Below, one piece after another: positions 52,901-64,000 of a stretch of DNA of 64,000 nucleotides. The DNA is taken from positions 10,044,001 to 10,108,000 of the forward strand of contig OZ176053.1 in the NCBI GenBank assembly GCA_964247055.1. The letters run 5' to 3'. The DNA is from Paragordius varius. Its lineage: Eukaryota; Animalia; Nematomorpha. The stretch's first letter is position 1. Every line of letters begins with the position of its first letter. The translations under genes were made by a program, and so were the position numbers. The notes beneath the pieces were generated by a model that did not search any database, was not told the DNA's origin, and saw only the letters and a list, made by a program, of their open reading frames with translations.

Positions 52901-55900
52901 GCAACATAAACACTACCGACGCTTACCCAACGATAAATAATAATAATAATAACCATGGCCTTAGAAATGGGTCTTATATATTTGACGACAATGATGATTT
53001 CTCAGACTCCGATAATGATATGAATGAGAACAACGATAATGGCAGTTTAGATGATGATGAAGATGGAGCTAGTTGTTCAACAAGCAATTTTGATGAGGAA
53101 AGCGGTTTCGAAGATACGGCTATTATAGCTAACAACCAAGGAGGAATAAACACCGAAAACAACATTATAAATCACGCATCCATATTACACGTAAAGAGCC
53201 AAATTGACCCTGGAAAAAACTATAATCATAACGAAACATGCTCTTTAACTCGGCAAAATGAAGTTGTAAAAGAGGCAAAAGGAAAAGGTGAACAAGAGAT
53301 TATCATGTTAGAAGAATTGATTGATTCCCCAATGAATCAACATGTCTTACAACTTATCAAGGATGTCGAAAAATTTATCCATAGGTTTGTTGATAAGGTG
53401 TGTGGGGATTTGGGTGTAACTGCCCGTCACATGAACAATCTTTACCAAATGATTCCAGGTTTGGGTTACAAAGAAATAAAATATACGTTTAAAATATATT
53501 TGTGTTTATTTGAATACGCATTCATTTTGAAAGATATACATGTAAATATAAAAAACTGAATCTTTCATATTTTACTTTAATATGTATTGCGAATTAATAC
53601 TAACCATATATAATATATACCAATTAGAGTTCACACCCTTAAATAATTCAAAATCACACTCGAACAATTCAAATTCACCCTAAAATAAATTATGTGTTTA
53701 AAATTAAAAATTACCTATATTTTTTATATTAAATAAATTGTTTAAAATTAATTGCTCAAAAAATAATAAATGCCATAAGAATATATTTTATATTAATGAT
53801 AAAGTATATTAGCCCGAAAACACATAATTTTTTAGGGTGAACGAATTGTTCAAGGGTGAATTTAAATCGTAAATGTTATATATATATATATATATATAGG
53901 GTAATTAATTTTTATTACAGACTATTTTATAATAGGCTTGATCAGTATGCATGTCGAAATGCTAGAAAATGTTCGATCTCAGATTACTACTATACCCCCT
54001 TCTTTATTGGTAATCTATTCTTAAATATTAGTTTGTTAAGCATGATTCAAACCACATATTTATTAATAAATTATTCATTAGATCAATCATATTTTACCAC
54101 CACTTTTGCCATTTGAAACGATAAACAAGGAATGTAAGGAGGGGATTCGTGTCTACCTGTTTTTTGGACCAATGTTAACGCCCTATACAATGGCTCAAAA
54201 GCATAAAAATATGGGTTTTCTCAACCATTCATATTTTCCCATAAAACAAGAGTCCAATACTAGAACTAAAACTTCGCCTAATAATACTCATTTAATCTTG
54301 AACCAAAAAATTCTATCATCACATACACAATCATCATCACCTCATACTAAACAATCAAATATTTTGATCCGAAACGATGATATATGTCAATTGGTTCCGG
54401 CTCATGGGAATTTGTATGTTACGAATTATCGGATAATATTCCGTGGAGTACCCATCCATGAACACGGTAAAGCCTATAAGTTAATTATTACAAGTGCCAG
54501 AATTTAAATCTTTTTATTGAAGTTTTTTATATATAATGTTTTAATTTTTTAAGCTAAATACAACATTATAACTTATTAGTTGAAATAATGTATTTTAGGT
54601 ATAACCCTATTTATTACTCTATCCATATGTATTATAGCTCACGAATCCGATATTCTTATGAGCATTCCATTATGGGCTTTGTCAAAAGCCACCATGGTTG
54701 ATATAAAACGGTCTTCCTCTTCAATTTTTTCCAAAATTTTTCAATACCAAACTGGAAAAAATAGTGCCACCACAAACGGAGGAGCACATAATTCTGCAAC
54801 CAATTTCGGTATCTTACATAACACAAGTGATAAGAATCTCAACAAATTTACAACAGCCCTTGTCTTAAAATCGTTGTCATTTCAGGTAATATTTTGTTTC
54901 AAATGTAACAAACGAAAAAAGCATATATAATCTAATTATTTGTATATTCGTCTGTGAAACACAAATAAATTTTAAGTTATATCATAAAAAATTTTTTACT
55001 TTAACAATAATTATTAGTTAAATCACAGTTGAAGGAAGACATTTTTATATTTAGATAATGCATATTGTGCTTGATACGAATTTTGTGACAAACAGCATTT
55101 CTCATTACAAATGTACTCAACATATATGCTCATACTTTAATAATGTGGTTTATCATCGCAATCTATCCAAACCTTACCCCTTACATATGTTACAAACTAG
55201 ATTTAATTCCACCAAAGTTTTATATACGGCGATTTCCATCCTTCCCGAAGCAAATATAGCGGTTGAAACTAACAAAGGATATGAAAAGAAAAAGTCACAT
55301 ACTTTTAAGTATGATTGATAATTGTATATAAAGTATAAAATTATATTATAATTAATATTAATTAACATTAGAATGTTAAAGAAAACGACTTCCAATATCT
55401 TACATGTATCTTCAGCACTTTCCAAAAAGTCAAATCAATTAGACTCAGGAGCAAAAGATATAACTACTACGAATGGTCAGATAAGTTTTAAAGTATGCGG
55501 CTAAGTTTATTTTATAATAATATTAAAAATAAGTTAATTTAATGATTTAATAGGGCTTATTATCTTTTACAATAAGTAAGTTTTATTTTTAATATTTTTT
55601 ATCATCTAATATAGAGTAGCAAACCATCAATGCATTATTATACAGATCAAGACTATATTTGTATTCGAGATTTTATCAGAACAAAATTAATTAGTGGCGT
55701 TAAGGAATTGAATAATATTAAAACTAATGAAAAGAGTTTACGCAATGGTGAAACTAATGAAATGGCAATGTTATCTTCATTTTATACGCTTTCAAAGTGC
55801 AATCAGAAATATAAAATCCCGAGGTATTATTTGTGATTTATCGTCCAATATGTTTGATATATATTTATGTTTTAGCAGCCATATTAATTTATTAGAAGCT

Positions 55901-58900
55901 ATTATTTTTTTAAAATGTATATATGAAGTATAATTACATAGTTTAATTTATAAACTTATTTCATAAATATTTAGTTATCCACCATATTTTGTGATACCTT
56001 CAAACCTTTCAGAATCTCAAGAGGATATTTTGAAAATTGGCAAAGGATACAAAAATAATCGGTTAATGATAAGTTCATTATACATTATAAATATTTAAAG
56101 TATCTATATTTATTTTGAAAAAAACATACCGAAATATATCAATATATTGTGTATATTTTTCGAAAATGTTTAATAAATTTAATTGTTTTTTTTTTCAATA
56201 AAAATAGTTTACCGATCATTACTTGGAAACATCCAATATCCAAAGTATTGTTACTTCGTTCATCATCCCTAAGTTCTCATCAACTGATCAAAATGTTTAA
56301 AACTGGAAAACATATGCCAACAACACTAAAAAATGGTATTTATTAATCATTTTTGCCGTGCATTAATATTTTTTAATAGCTTTTTTATATTTTTACTTTT
56401 ATATTTTTGGTAATAGCATCAAAAAATGTCAAAATCCATGCTAATCAATTACTAAATAATTTGCAAATAAACAATTTACCCACCCTGTCAGATACCCGTA
56501 GATATTTTATGAATTTACGTCAAACCGTTAGGCAAGAAAGGAATGAACTTGGTGATAATTACACATTTTCTCAACCGTTTTCGCAAAATGTGGTAATTGA
56601 AATAACCAAAGAAATGAGAATGCTCATAAACAGAGCCCACGAGGGAGAAAGTAATTGTTTTGTGATAATATTGATTTTATGTTGCATACGTTAGGTAAAA
56701 ATGCTTTGATTACATTAGATGAAAATTAATTAAAAATTTGAGGTACCTTTTTATATCTTAAAAATATCTGTATTGTTTTGTTACTTAGATTCAAGCCAAA
56801 TTAGCAGTAATATACCCGATGCCAAAAAATGTATGATAAATATTAAATATATATATTCCTATTAGAAATTTTCGATTATATTTTCTCGCTATATTAACTC
56901 ATATAATTGAATTGTCCTCAGATAAACTTTGGAAATATATTTTAGATATGAGGCATTCGCCTATCCCGAACCCTCAACAAAACTTGCAAAATATAAATAG
57001 TAATACATCTTATAAGAATCAAGATTTACCAGATATATGTTTTATTGGAGAAAAACAAAATTTTAAAGTATTTTAATAGTTTTTGTGTTAGTTATTTATA
57101 ATAGACTTGTAAATTAAGTTGATAAGTTTAATTATAGTTATCCTATTTTAATTTTGGTAGATGTTTGCTACCATGTTTAAAGATTGCAATAATTTTCAAT
57201 TTATCCCCTTCATTTATGATGGGGTTGATGATGTAAGAAAATCATACAAAAAATTATTTTCCCTCGTTAACAATGCCGATTATTTAATGGATACATGTGA
57301 ATCATGTGATAAAGAACAAAGTAGCCCAATTCATGCGGCAGAAAATCCAATTTCGTCCGTTAAAAGTCCTGTTTTTTCAGATTTATCACCAAAATCTTCA
57401 CCTCTACTTGAGACAAATAATGTTTTGATTGGAAAAAATGGTTATATAAGTTTATATCCCTAATATAATTAAAAGTAGTTTTTAGTTATTATTATTTATG
57501 TTATTGTTTAGATACAATCTCACCGTCTAATAAACCCTTAAATAATACCAATTCTGAGAAATTACAAATAAAATCTTTAGGTTACTTGTCGATGCTTGAA
57601 AAATGCGGATGGTTACAACAGGTAAATTTATTTAAACAAATATATTAACAGCTAATTTATTATTGTTTGCGACTTGAACAGTAAAATTTGACTATCGTTT
57701 AATAATGATATTATATGGACCAATAAATTTTTATAATAATATTTTATCATTCCAAGATAAATTTTAAAACTTTTTTTTGATCATAAATAGATTTATAATG
57801 TGTTACGCATTTCTTCAATAATTGTTGAAATTATGGACTCTTTTAATTCATCCGTGATTGTTGGCTTAGAAAATGGATGTGACATTACTATTCAGGTATT
57901 GAATGATGTTTTTTTGCAATTTATTTGTTTACTAACTTCTTCATATAAAGTTGATTGTGTTGTTCAATCTATGTATAATATCTTATCACGCTTATTGAAC
58001 TTATTTGATTTCAATTGTTATTTACAAGATACTTTACTAATTTGATCAATAATTTTTCGTTTTTTTAATATTTTAGATTGTCTCAATCGTTCAATTGTTA
58101 CTTGATCCGTATTACAGAACGATTGATGGATTCAAAACTCTAATTTACAAAGAATGGTTTTGCCATGGACATAAATTTGGTGAACGAAATCGCTATGGTA
58201 ACAACAATAACATGATGATTGTATCACAAATTAAATCCACACTCGCCACCAAAACTAATTCTTTAAACAGTGTTAATAATACCGCTGCTTTAAATGAAAA
58301 ATCATTGGGTAATCCCGAATTTCAGAATGATGTAAACTTATGCACCACAACGGGTACTATGAATGAAAATGATGGGGAAAATGTTAAAACAAACAGTGAG
58401 GCGACATCATGTTATATACCCATTTTCATTCAATTTTTGGATATGGTTTATCAGGTTTGCTATTAATGAATATTATTCCTTATAATATTCATTTAATTTT
58501 CTGAACCATAGATTGCGATTAAAGTTTAATATGTTTGAAGTGGAATTGTTACGAAACCTGAGTTAATTAATTATATAGCCTAAATTTTTTATTTTTAATA
58601 TTTAAAGACGTTTGAATTCTCCTTTGATTAAACGATCAAAAAAAAGTCACTAAAAATTAATTATTTTAATATACACACTGATACATAGCAAAAATCTGTT
58701 TATACATAATATACACTGTCTTTTTACCTTTTAATTATTTTTGTGTGAATGTAATGTAAATTCTTTATATTTAATACAAGCGGCAAGTTTAAGATAATTT
58801 TATGCAATATTATAATAAATCAATATTTGCATCATCATAAAGCGTTTCCTTTTTCGTCATATAAATTTAGCTTTTAGTAAGATAACATAATGTTTTGTTA

Positions 58901-60594
58901 TTATAGATTCATAGAAAGTTTCCTTCCTATTTTGAATTCAACAGATTTTATCTTGAATATTTGGCTTTTCACAGCATATCTGGACGTTACATGGATTTCT
59001 TTTTCAATTGTCATGCCGAACGAAATATTTTTGAGGGTAATTTTTTTCTTTTGAATTTTTTAAAAAGTATAGTTATTCCTTGCATTCAGTAAGAAAACCA
59101 GAATCGCCGTTCCCAATGAGTTGAAAATGGATTCTCTTAATTATATTAAATATTAAATTTTATATTCCTCTACTATATTATTTACATTTAAAAGTATTTT
59201 TTTACAGAAAAGTAGCATCATATAATAATTTTTTTTGGTTTTTTAAATGGTTTTAAAAATGGATCTTATAAATTTATAAAAAACCAAATTTAACAGCATA
59301 TGACTAAAAACATTGAAATTGGAAAAGACAATATAGCCCAAAGATGGAACTAATGGTTGCGGTTTTCCGTTTTTTGGCAAAAAACATTAATTATATTAAC
59401 TTATTATTATTTAGATGCACTTAAAAATTTTGGCCGAGATAATCCAGACTCTAAATTATCTACAACTGATCCAGTAACTATATGGGAATCAATAGAAGAA
59501 ATTCAAAAAAATAAAAGATTTACCTTTCACAATCCTTTGTACGAGAAAATGGTAATTATATTATACATATATCCAACAAATCTTTAACTATTCTATATTT
59601 TGATAAAACAATATAGGTATTTACCAACATTAAAGCTAAAATTCAGGGTCTTAAATATTTTAAACTAATTCTTTTTCATACCAAATTAATATATATACAT
59701 AGCTTTTTTTCCAATTGTTCATAGGTTATAAATGAGATTTCTTTGCCGCCTTTGCGTATATTTTGCACAAGTTTAGCCGATCTATGTGTATGGCCCTATT
59801 ATTTACGAATGTCACATACATTGTATGATGGGAACTGTTTTGGTGCCTACGATCAAAACTTTTGTCATGAATCAACAAGCAATTATAACGGTTTAACCCC
59901 CATCACGGAACCTGAAAAAAATGTTGTAATGCATTATAATGCGCGTTGTTTGAAATCAAATTCGTTTCCCTTGTATGGGTCTCATGAGTTATCATATTTT
60001 CATCTTGTTGAAAATTATGATCAAAAGTCAACTCATAATGTAGCCGAAACTACTATGTTGACTAAATTCATGGGGGAAAACGGTGTGGAAATTAAAGATT
60101 CGCATGAATACTGTAAACGCATTATGATAGCCTTAGTTTTGGACCTTATGAAAGGAAACTTGAAATATCCAGTTGGTGGGAAAATTATGGATTATATGCG
60201 AAAATTGGATCAAGTATATATATTTTTATCATTTTTGACATGCTAATTGATATATGGTGTTTATTAAATTAATTTTTTAGAAGAGTTTTCATCAAAACAC
60301 TTTGGAGCATACCACAACCACCCTGAGTTCAAACCATAACTTCCAAAAATTTGATTGTTCTTTCACTCATGCATTCAATTGTGATTTTTGTACTCATGTG
60401 ATAACTAGGGAGCATATAGGTATATAAATTATAGTTTAGAGTCTCTTTTTTCATTTTTTATCAGGACTTAAATTGTATCCACACTTGTGAAAGCTTTAAC
60501 ACTCGCCTACCCAGTGCTGACAATGATGATGGAAAAATTGCGTAGTTTCAGGGTTCGAACTGGCATGCAGTGTGATCCGACGTCCTACCTACCT

Positions 60595-60640
<46 letters not shown>

Positions 60641-62773
60641 TTTAGTTTATACCTGTTCCAAGTGCAATTATCTATGTCATGATGAGTGTTTACATTATGT
60701 CATAAAATTGCAATGTTCTTTCAAACTTAACCGTGAAAATTTGGCCAATGGCAATCCATCAAAAGGCTTAATAATTAAAAAGGATGATAAACCAAGATCA
60801 GGTACAAATATGACTTTTTTGGTTTTTAATCATGAGTTTTAAAAACAATTACAAAATTTTTTAGCGCTTAAAGTTAATTTATGCAATAATGTTAAGTATT
60901 TTTTTCCTAAATTTTGCTTATTTATGGTTATTTATTATGATTTTCCACAATTTGTAAATTTATATAATTATTATTTTTTATGTTAGATGAAAAGATTTGG
61001 TTAAAAAAGACAGATTCGTCTTTGTATGATGAAAACAAAAGCAAACCCAAAATTTGGAATACACAAAACAATGATATGGATATTACCAAGTCTTTTGATG
61101 ACTTTAATGATGTACTATTACAACATTTTGAACAGGAATCTCATAATAAAGCATTGTCAACAGTTAATGTGTCAAATGATTACAGTCAAAATTTTAATGA
61201 AAATAACCAATTTAAAAAAATGGATAAATTTGTTAATCCAAATTCGAGCCAAAGAAATTTAGCTTATAACTTTGAAAATTTGAATAACAATAATAATAAT
61301 AATAATAATATTTATGACGAACGTGATATCACCAGTGATTCACAAAATATCTTAACCAAAAAGCATAATACTAGTTTAATTAGCATATATGAAAATATTA
61401 GTAAAAACGATAAAAAAATTACTTACTGTAATCTCACAAATACCAACCCCAAACGTTCACAACAGAATATAAATAAATCGTCATCAACCAGTGATAAACC
61501 AGATAAAAGTGATTCTTCATCCATAAATACTTCAGGTATGTTTACACATTATAACCATTAAATTTAGACTTAATTTAGTTCAAGGCCGAAACATTTCGCA
61601 TATAATTTTGAAATATTTTAACCCACATTTTAAATTACAGATATGAAACTATAACAAGAAATGCAAAAAACTTTTTACTACGAATTGACACCAAGTTTTA
61701 ATGGGAAAATAGCGTAAAAACTATTTTCCCAATATTTTATAATTATTAAATTATACTTATTAACATACGTACTATGCATTTCTTAGAATAATATTCACTC
61801 CTGCTATTTTAGTAGAATTCAGGTTATAACATATTTTAAATGAGTTTAATTACTTAAAGTGGAATGGATACACAAAGGCCAAAATAGGGTTTTAGAGAAA
61901 CGTAAAATATATTTTGTGAGCAAAATAAAAATAACCAATGAAATTTATAACACCATATTACTGATCATTGTTAATATTTGTTTATATTAATAGGTATATC
62001 CACGCTTAGCACTCAAACTGGCATCCCATCAATCCCCAATGATAATTTTTCCAGTACCTATGTCTCCTCTTTAGCAAATGGAAAAAATATATCCAATAAA
62101 AATGGACTCAAATTGACTCGTAATATTATATAAACTTTTTTCTATTGAAAATTGTTTAACTTAATCACCGCTAATTATATATGCATAATGTAATAGTTGG
62201 GAAAGATTTAACACTGTGCGAAAAATCCGTTCAACAATCGATTTACTACCAAGGATTTTTATACAAAAAGTCTGGATCTTTGATTAAAGAATGGAAACCA
62301 AGATGGGTCGTATTAGATGCAGTTCGTCATGAGGTAATCATAATTTTCAATATGTTATAAGATATATTATTTGTACTTATTTTTTTATACATTTTTTTCT
62401 TTTTTATAGTTACGTTATTACGAAAATGAAAATGATCGAATTTGTCGGGGAGTCATTGAATTGTCACACCCATATAGTGTTTTCCCTTGTGCTAATGCTC
62501 CACTAACCTCGGAAAAGTTGGATGAAAATCAACCTCATCAGTATTTTGAAGTAGTTTAATACATTTATTTTACATTTTATTCACACAAATATTATTATAC
62601 TTTTTGACAAATACAAAGTATGGAACGGTAAGAATAGTTAAAAATATTAATTTTTTTATTTTAATTTATAATAGATTCATGTTGAAAAACGTACCTATAC
62701 ATTTGCGGCATTTGACAGTCATTCAGCCAAAGAATGGATATCGCGCTTGAGGCATTTAAGCACAATACACTAA
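43980..62773 (+). CDS. SBF: SET-binding factor / myotubularin-related pseudophosphatase (MTMR5/MTMR13 family), DENN-GRAM-myotubularin-C1-PH
   Basis: Exon 1 [14 protein letters not shown] (43980); [12 protein letters not shown] (44058-44131); [28 protein letters not shown] (45738); DENN core [23 protein letters not shown]; d[20 protein letters not shown]; [23 protein letters not shown] (~54400); inactive PTP motif GLENGCDIT, then [23 protein letters not shown]; C1 domain (~60318-60714); PH domain [15 protein letters not shown]...AKEWISRL; stop 62771-62773. Not every internal exon boundary was checked. Confidence 0.95.
44929..45215. mobile_element. hAT (Charlie-like) MITE, degenerate
   Basis: gcccgcgggccgcattcggccc near the left end; ggccgcccgcgaaccc...gtgtaggccaacttg at the right end. 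Intronic in SBF. Confidence 0.55.
49644..49921. mobile_element. hAT (Charlie-like) MITE
   Basis: CAGGGGTGTCCAA...TTGGCCACCCCG termini; 8-bp flanks ACCTAAAC / TTCTAAAC (6/8 match). Intronic in SBF. Confidence 0.75.
53634..53862. mobile_element. Small MITE-like inverted repeat built from 21-bp units
   Basis: Left arm cacactcgaacaattcaaattcaccctaaaataaattatgtgtt pairs with right arm aacacataatttttagggtgaacgaattgttcaagggtgaa. Intronic in SBF. Confidence 0.6.
60598..60632. repeat. (TA)n microsatellite (shorter ones at ~12745, 26937, 44629, 47153, 49163, 53877)
   Basis: Directly visible dinucleotide runs. Confidence 0.9.
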
Positions 62774-63092
62774 TTTACTCGTAATTTAGAGTTAATTATT
62801 ATTATTACCTACTATTAATTACAATTTAAAAAATGCATTTAATTATGATTGATATTCATTTCTGCCATGGTAGATGTTGCATTAATTTGAAATGATTATT
62901 TTGATACTGTAGTCAATTTAACACCCTTTTACAAATATTTATTATACAAAATAAATCAAAAAATCATTTTATTTCATCAGTAAAGTCAATAAAGTTATCA
63001 AAACGAAAAATTGTTAATTTATCATATGAATGTATAAATATAGATAAATATGTGTAATTTTATTTGCATTCAACTCGCACATTGATAATTTC

Positions 63093-64000
63093 TTACTCAA
63101 AGAATTTATCGATTCTTGGACGATTGTTAGAATTTGTTTTGGCTTGATAATTATTAGTGTCATGAGATCCTGGTGCATTACTGCAAAAATCCATATTGAT
63201 AGGGTTTGTAATATTGTTTGTGACATTTGATCGACCATTTAATACTCCATCCGAGGTTTGATCATTCTTTTTCCCGTGTCTTATATTTTTAGTATGATTC
63301 AAAATATTTTTGGTTGGTTTACAATCTGGGCCAATGCTCTTTTTAGCTGACATTTGTACTTGATTACTAACATTATTTTTATAATTGGCGGGTATATGGT
63401 GTGGACCCAGTTTCAAAGTTTCTTTTTTCAGTTCATCCAAAATATCACGTCTGAATATTGTATCTTTCTTATTAGCCAATACACGCAATGTATTCCGGTC
63501 AGCCCGTATCATACCAAATTTCATACCCGATTGTTGATTCATATGATGATTTGCGGGAACATATCGATGTGGTCCACTCTCAATATTATTATTATTGAAA
63601 TGGGATTTATTATCACCGCTGAAACCACCGTTTGGGAAATGGTTATCTAAAAAACCTATTTTATTTGCCATCCCATTTTTCCCAAAAGTTTGTTTCTTAT
63701 TACCAAACATCATTATCCCATTATTTGGGTATTTATAGCTATTTTGCTCCATATCATAATTCAAAGCTAAATGTTCGTAATCTTTGATGTCGGCACTGTT
63801 TGCATCAAATTCATTCAACAACCGTTCATTAAACTTTGGATTATTAATTTTTTCTGATAAGGCCAGGAAGCGTTTGGCAAACGCCGCATCTAATGTATTG
63901 GTAGTATACTTCCGTGTAGTCAACCTACCATCTGCCCGAATAGTCATATTTTTTGCCAAATTTTGGGCCACTGATCTTCGACCACGCAGTCCTACACCAA
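63093..64000 (-). CDS. 3' portion of an unidentified gene (open frame of at least 302 codons running off the window end)
   Basis: Long stop-free frame in AT-rich DNA (…GVGLRGRRSVAQNLAKNMTIRADGRL…RIDKFFE*), convergent with SBF (stops ~320 bp apart). No domain recognised. Confidence 0.75.
   Translation of the reverse strand, partial: GVGLRGRRSVAQNLAKNMTIRADGRLTTRKYTTNTLDAAFAKRFLALSEKINNPKFNERLLNEFDANSADIKDYEHLALNYDMEQNSYKYPNNGIMMFGNKKQTFGKNGMANKIGFLDNHFPNGGFSGDNKSHFNNNNIESGPHRYVPANHHMNQQSGMKFGMIRADRNTLRVLANKKDTIFRRDILDELKKETLKLGPHHIPANYKNNVSNQVQMSAKKSIGPDCKPTKNILNHTKNIRHGKKNDQTSDGVLNGRSNVTNNITNPINMDFCSNAPGSHDTNNYQAKTNSNNRPRIDKFFE

Noticed and set aside
60520-60590. tRNA/SINE- or snoRNA-like segment (ATGATGA; GGGTTCGAAC) in an SBF intron
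   Set aside because: No cloverleaf, A-box or D-box (CTGA) partner could be found.

Overview
Very AT-rich animal genomic DNA with GT-AG spliceosomal introns, so most short ORFs in the supplied track are exon fragments or noise. The W-X5-W-amide neuropeptide type hints at a spiralian (inference only). Gene content, left to right: (1) two SLC2A/GLUT-family sugar-transporter paralogues arranged head-to-head, with long unrelated N-terminal tails and matching internal exon sizes (minus-strand copy 4547->beyond base 1; plus-strand copy 5571-10499, with several sugar-binding residues replaced); (2) a metzincin M12B ADAMTS-like protease (~13351-21464) whose splice path ends in a Ser/Thr stalk, a transmembrane helix and a Tyr-rich tail; (3) a three-exon myoinhibitory-peptide/allatostatin-B/WWamide precursor (28131-32655) encoding four Wamide peptides; (4) an unrecognised small Cys-rich signal-anchor gene on the minus strand (36243-35515); (5) a SET-binding-factor (SBF/MTMR5/13) gene with DENN-GRAM-pseudophosphatase-C1-PH domains (43980-62773) and an apparent 23- or 29-nt first intron; (6) the 3' exon of an unidentified minus-strand gene (63093-64000). 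Introns and intergenic DNA hold a TTAA-flanked piggyBac-like MITE family (4 full copies plus fragments, one nested), Tc1/mariner- and hAT-type MITEs, a 1.1-kb foldback element, a young 1.5-kb non-autonomous LTR retrotransposon, a Penelope GIY-YIG relic and a ~310-bp dimeric tandem array. I saw no rRNA, tRNA or CRISPR array. All calls are by eye, without database searches.
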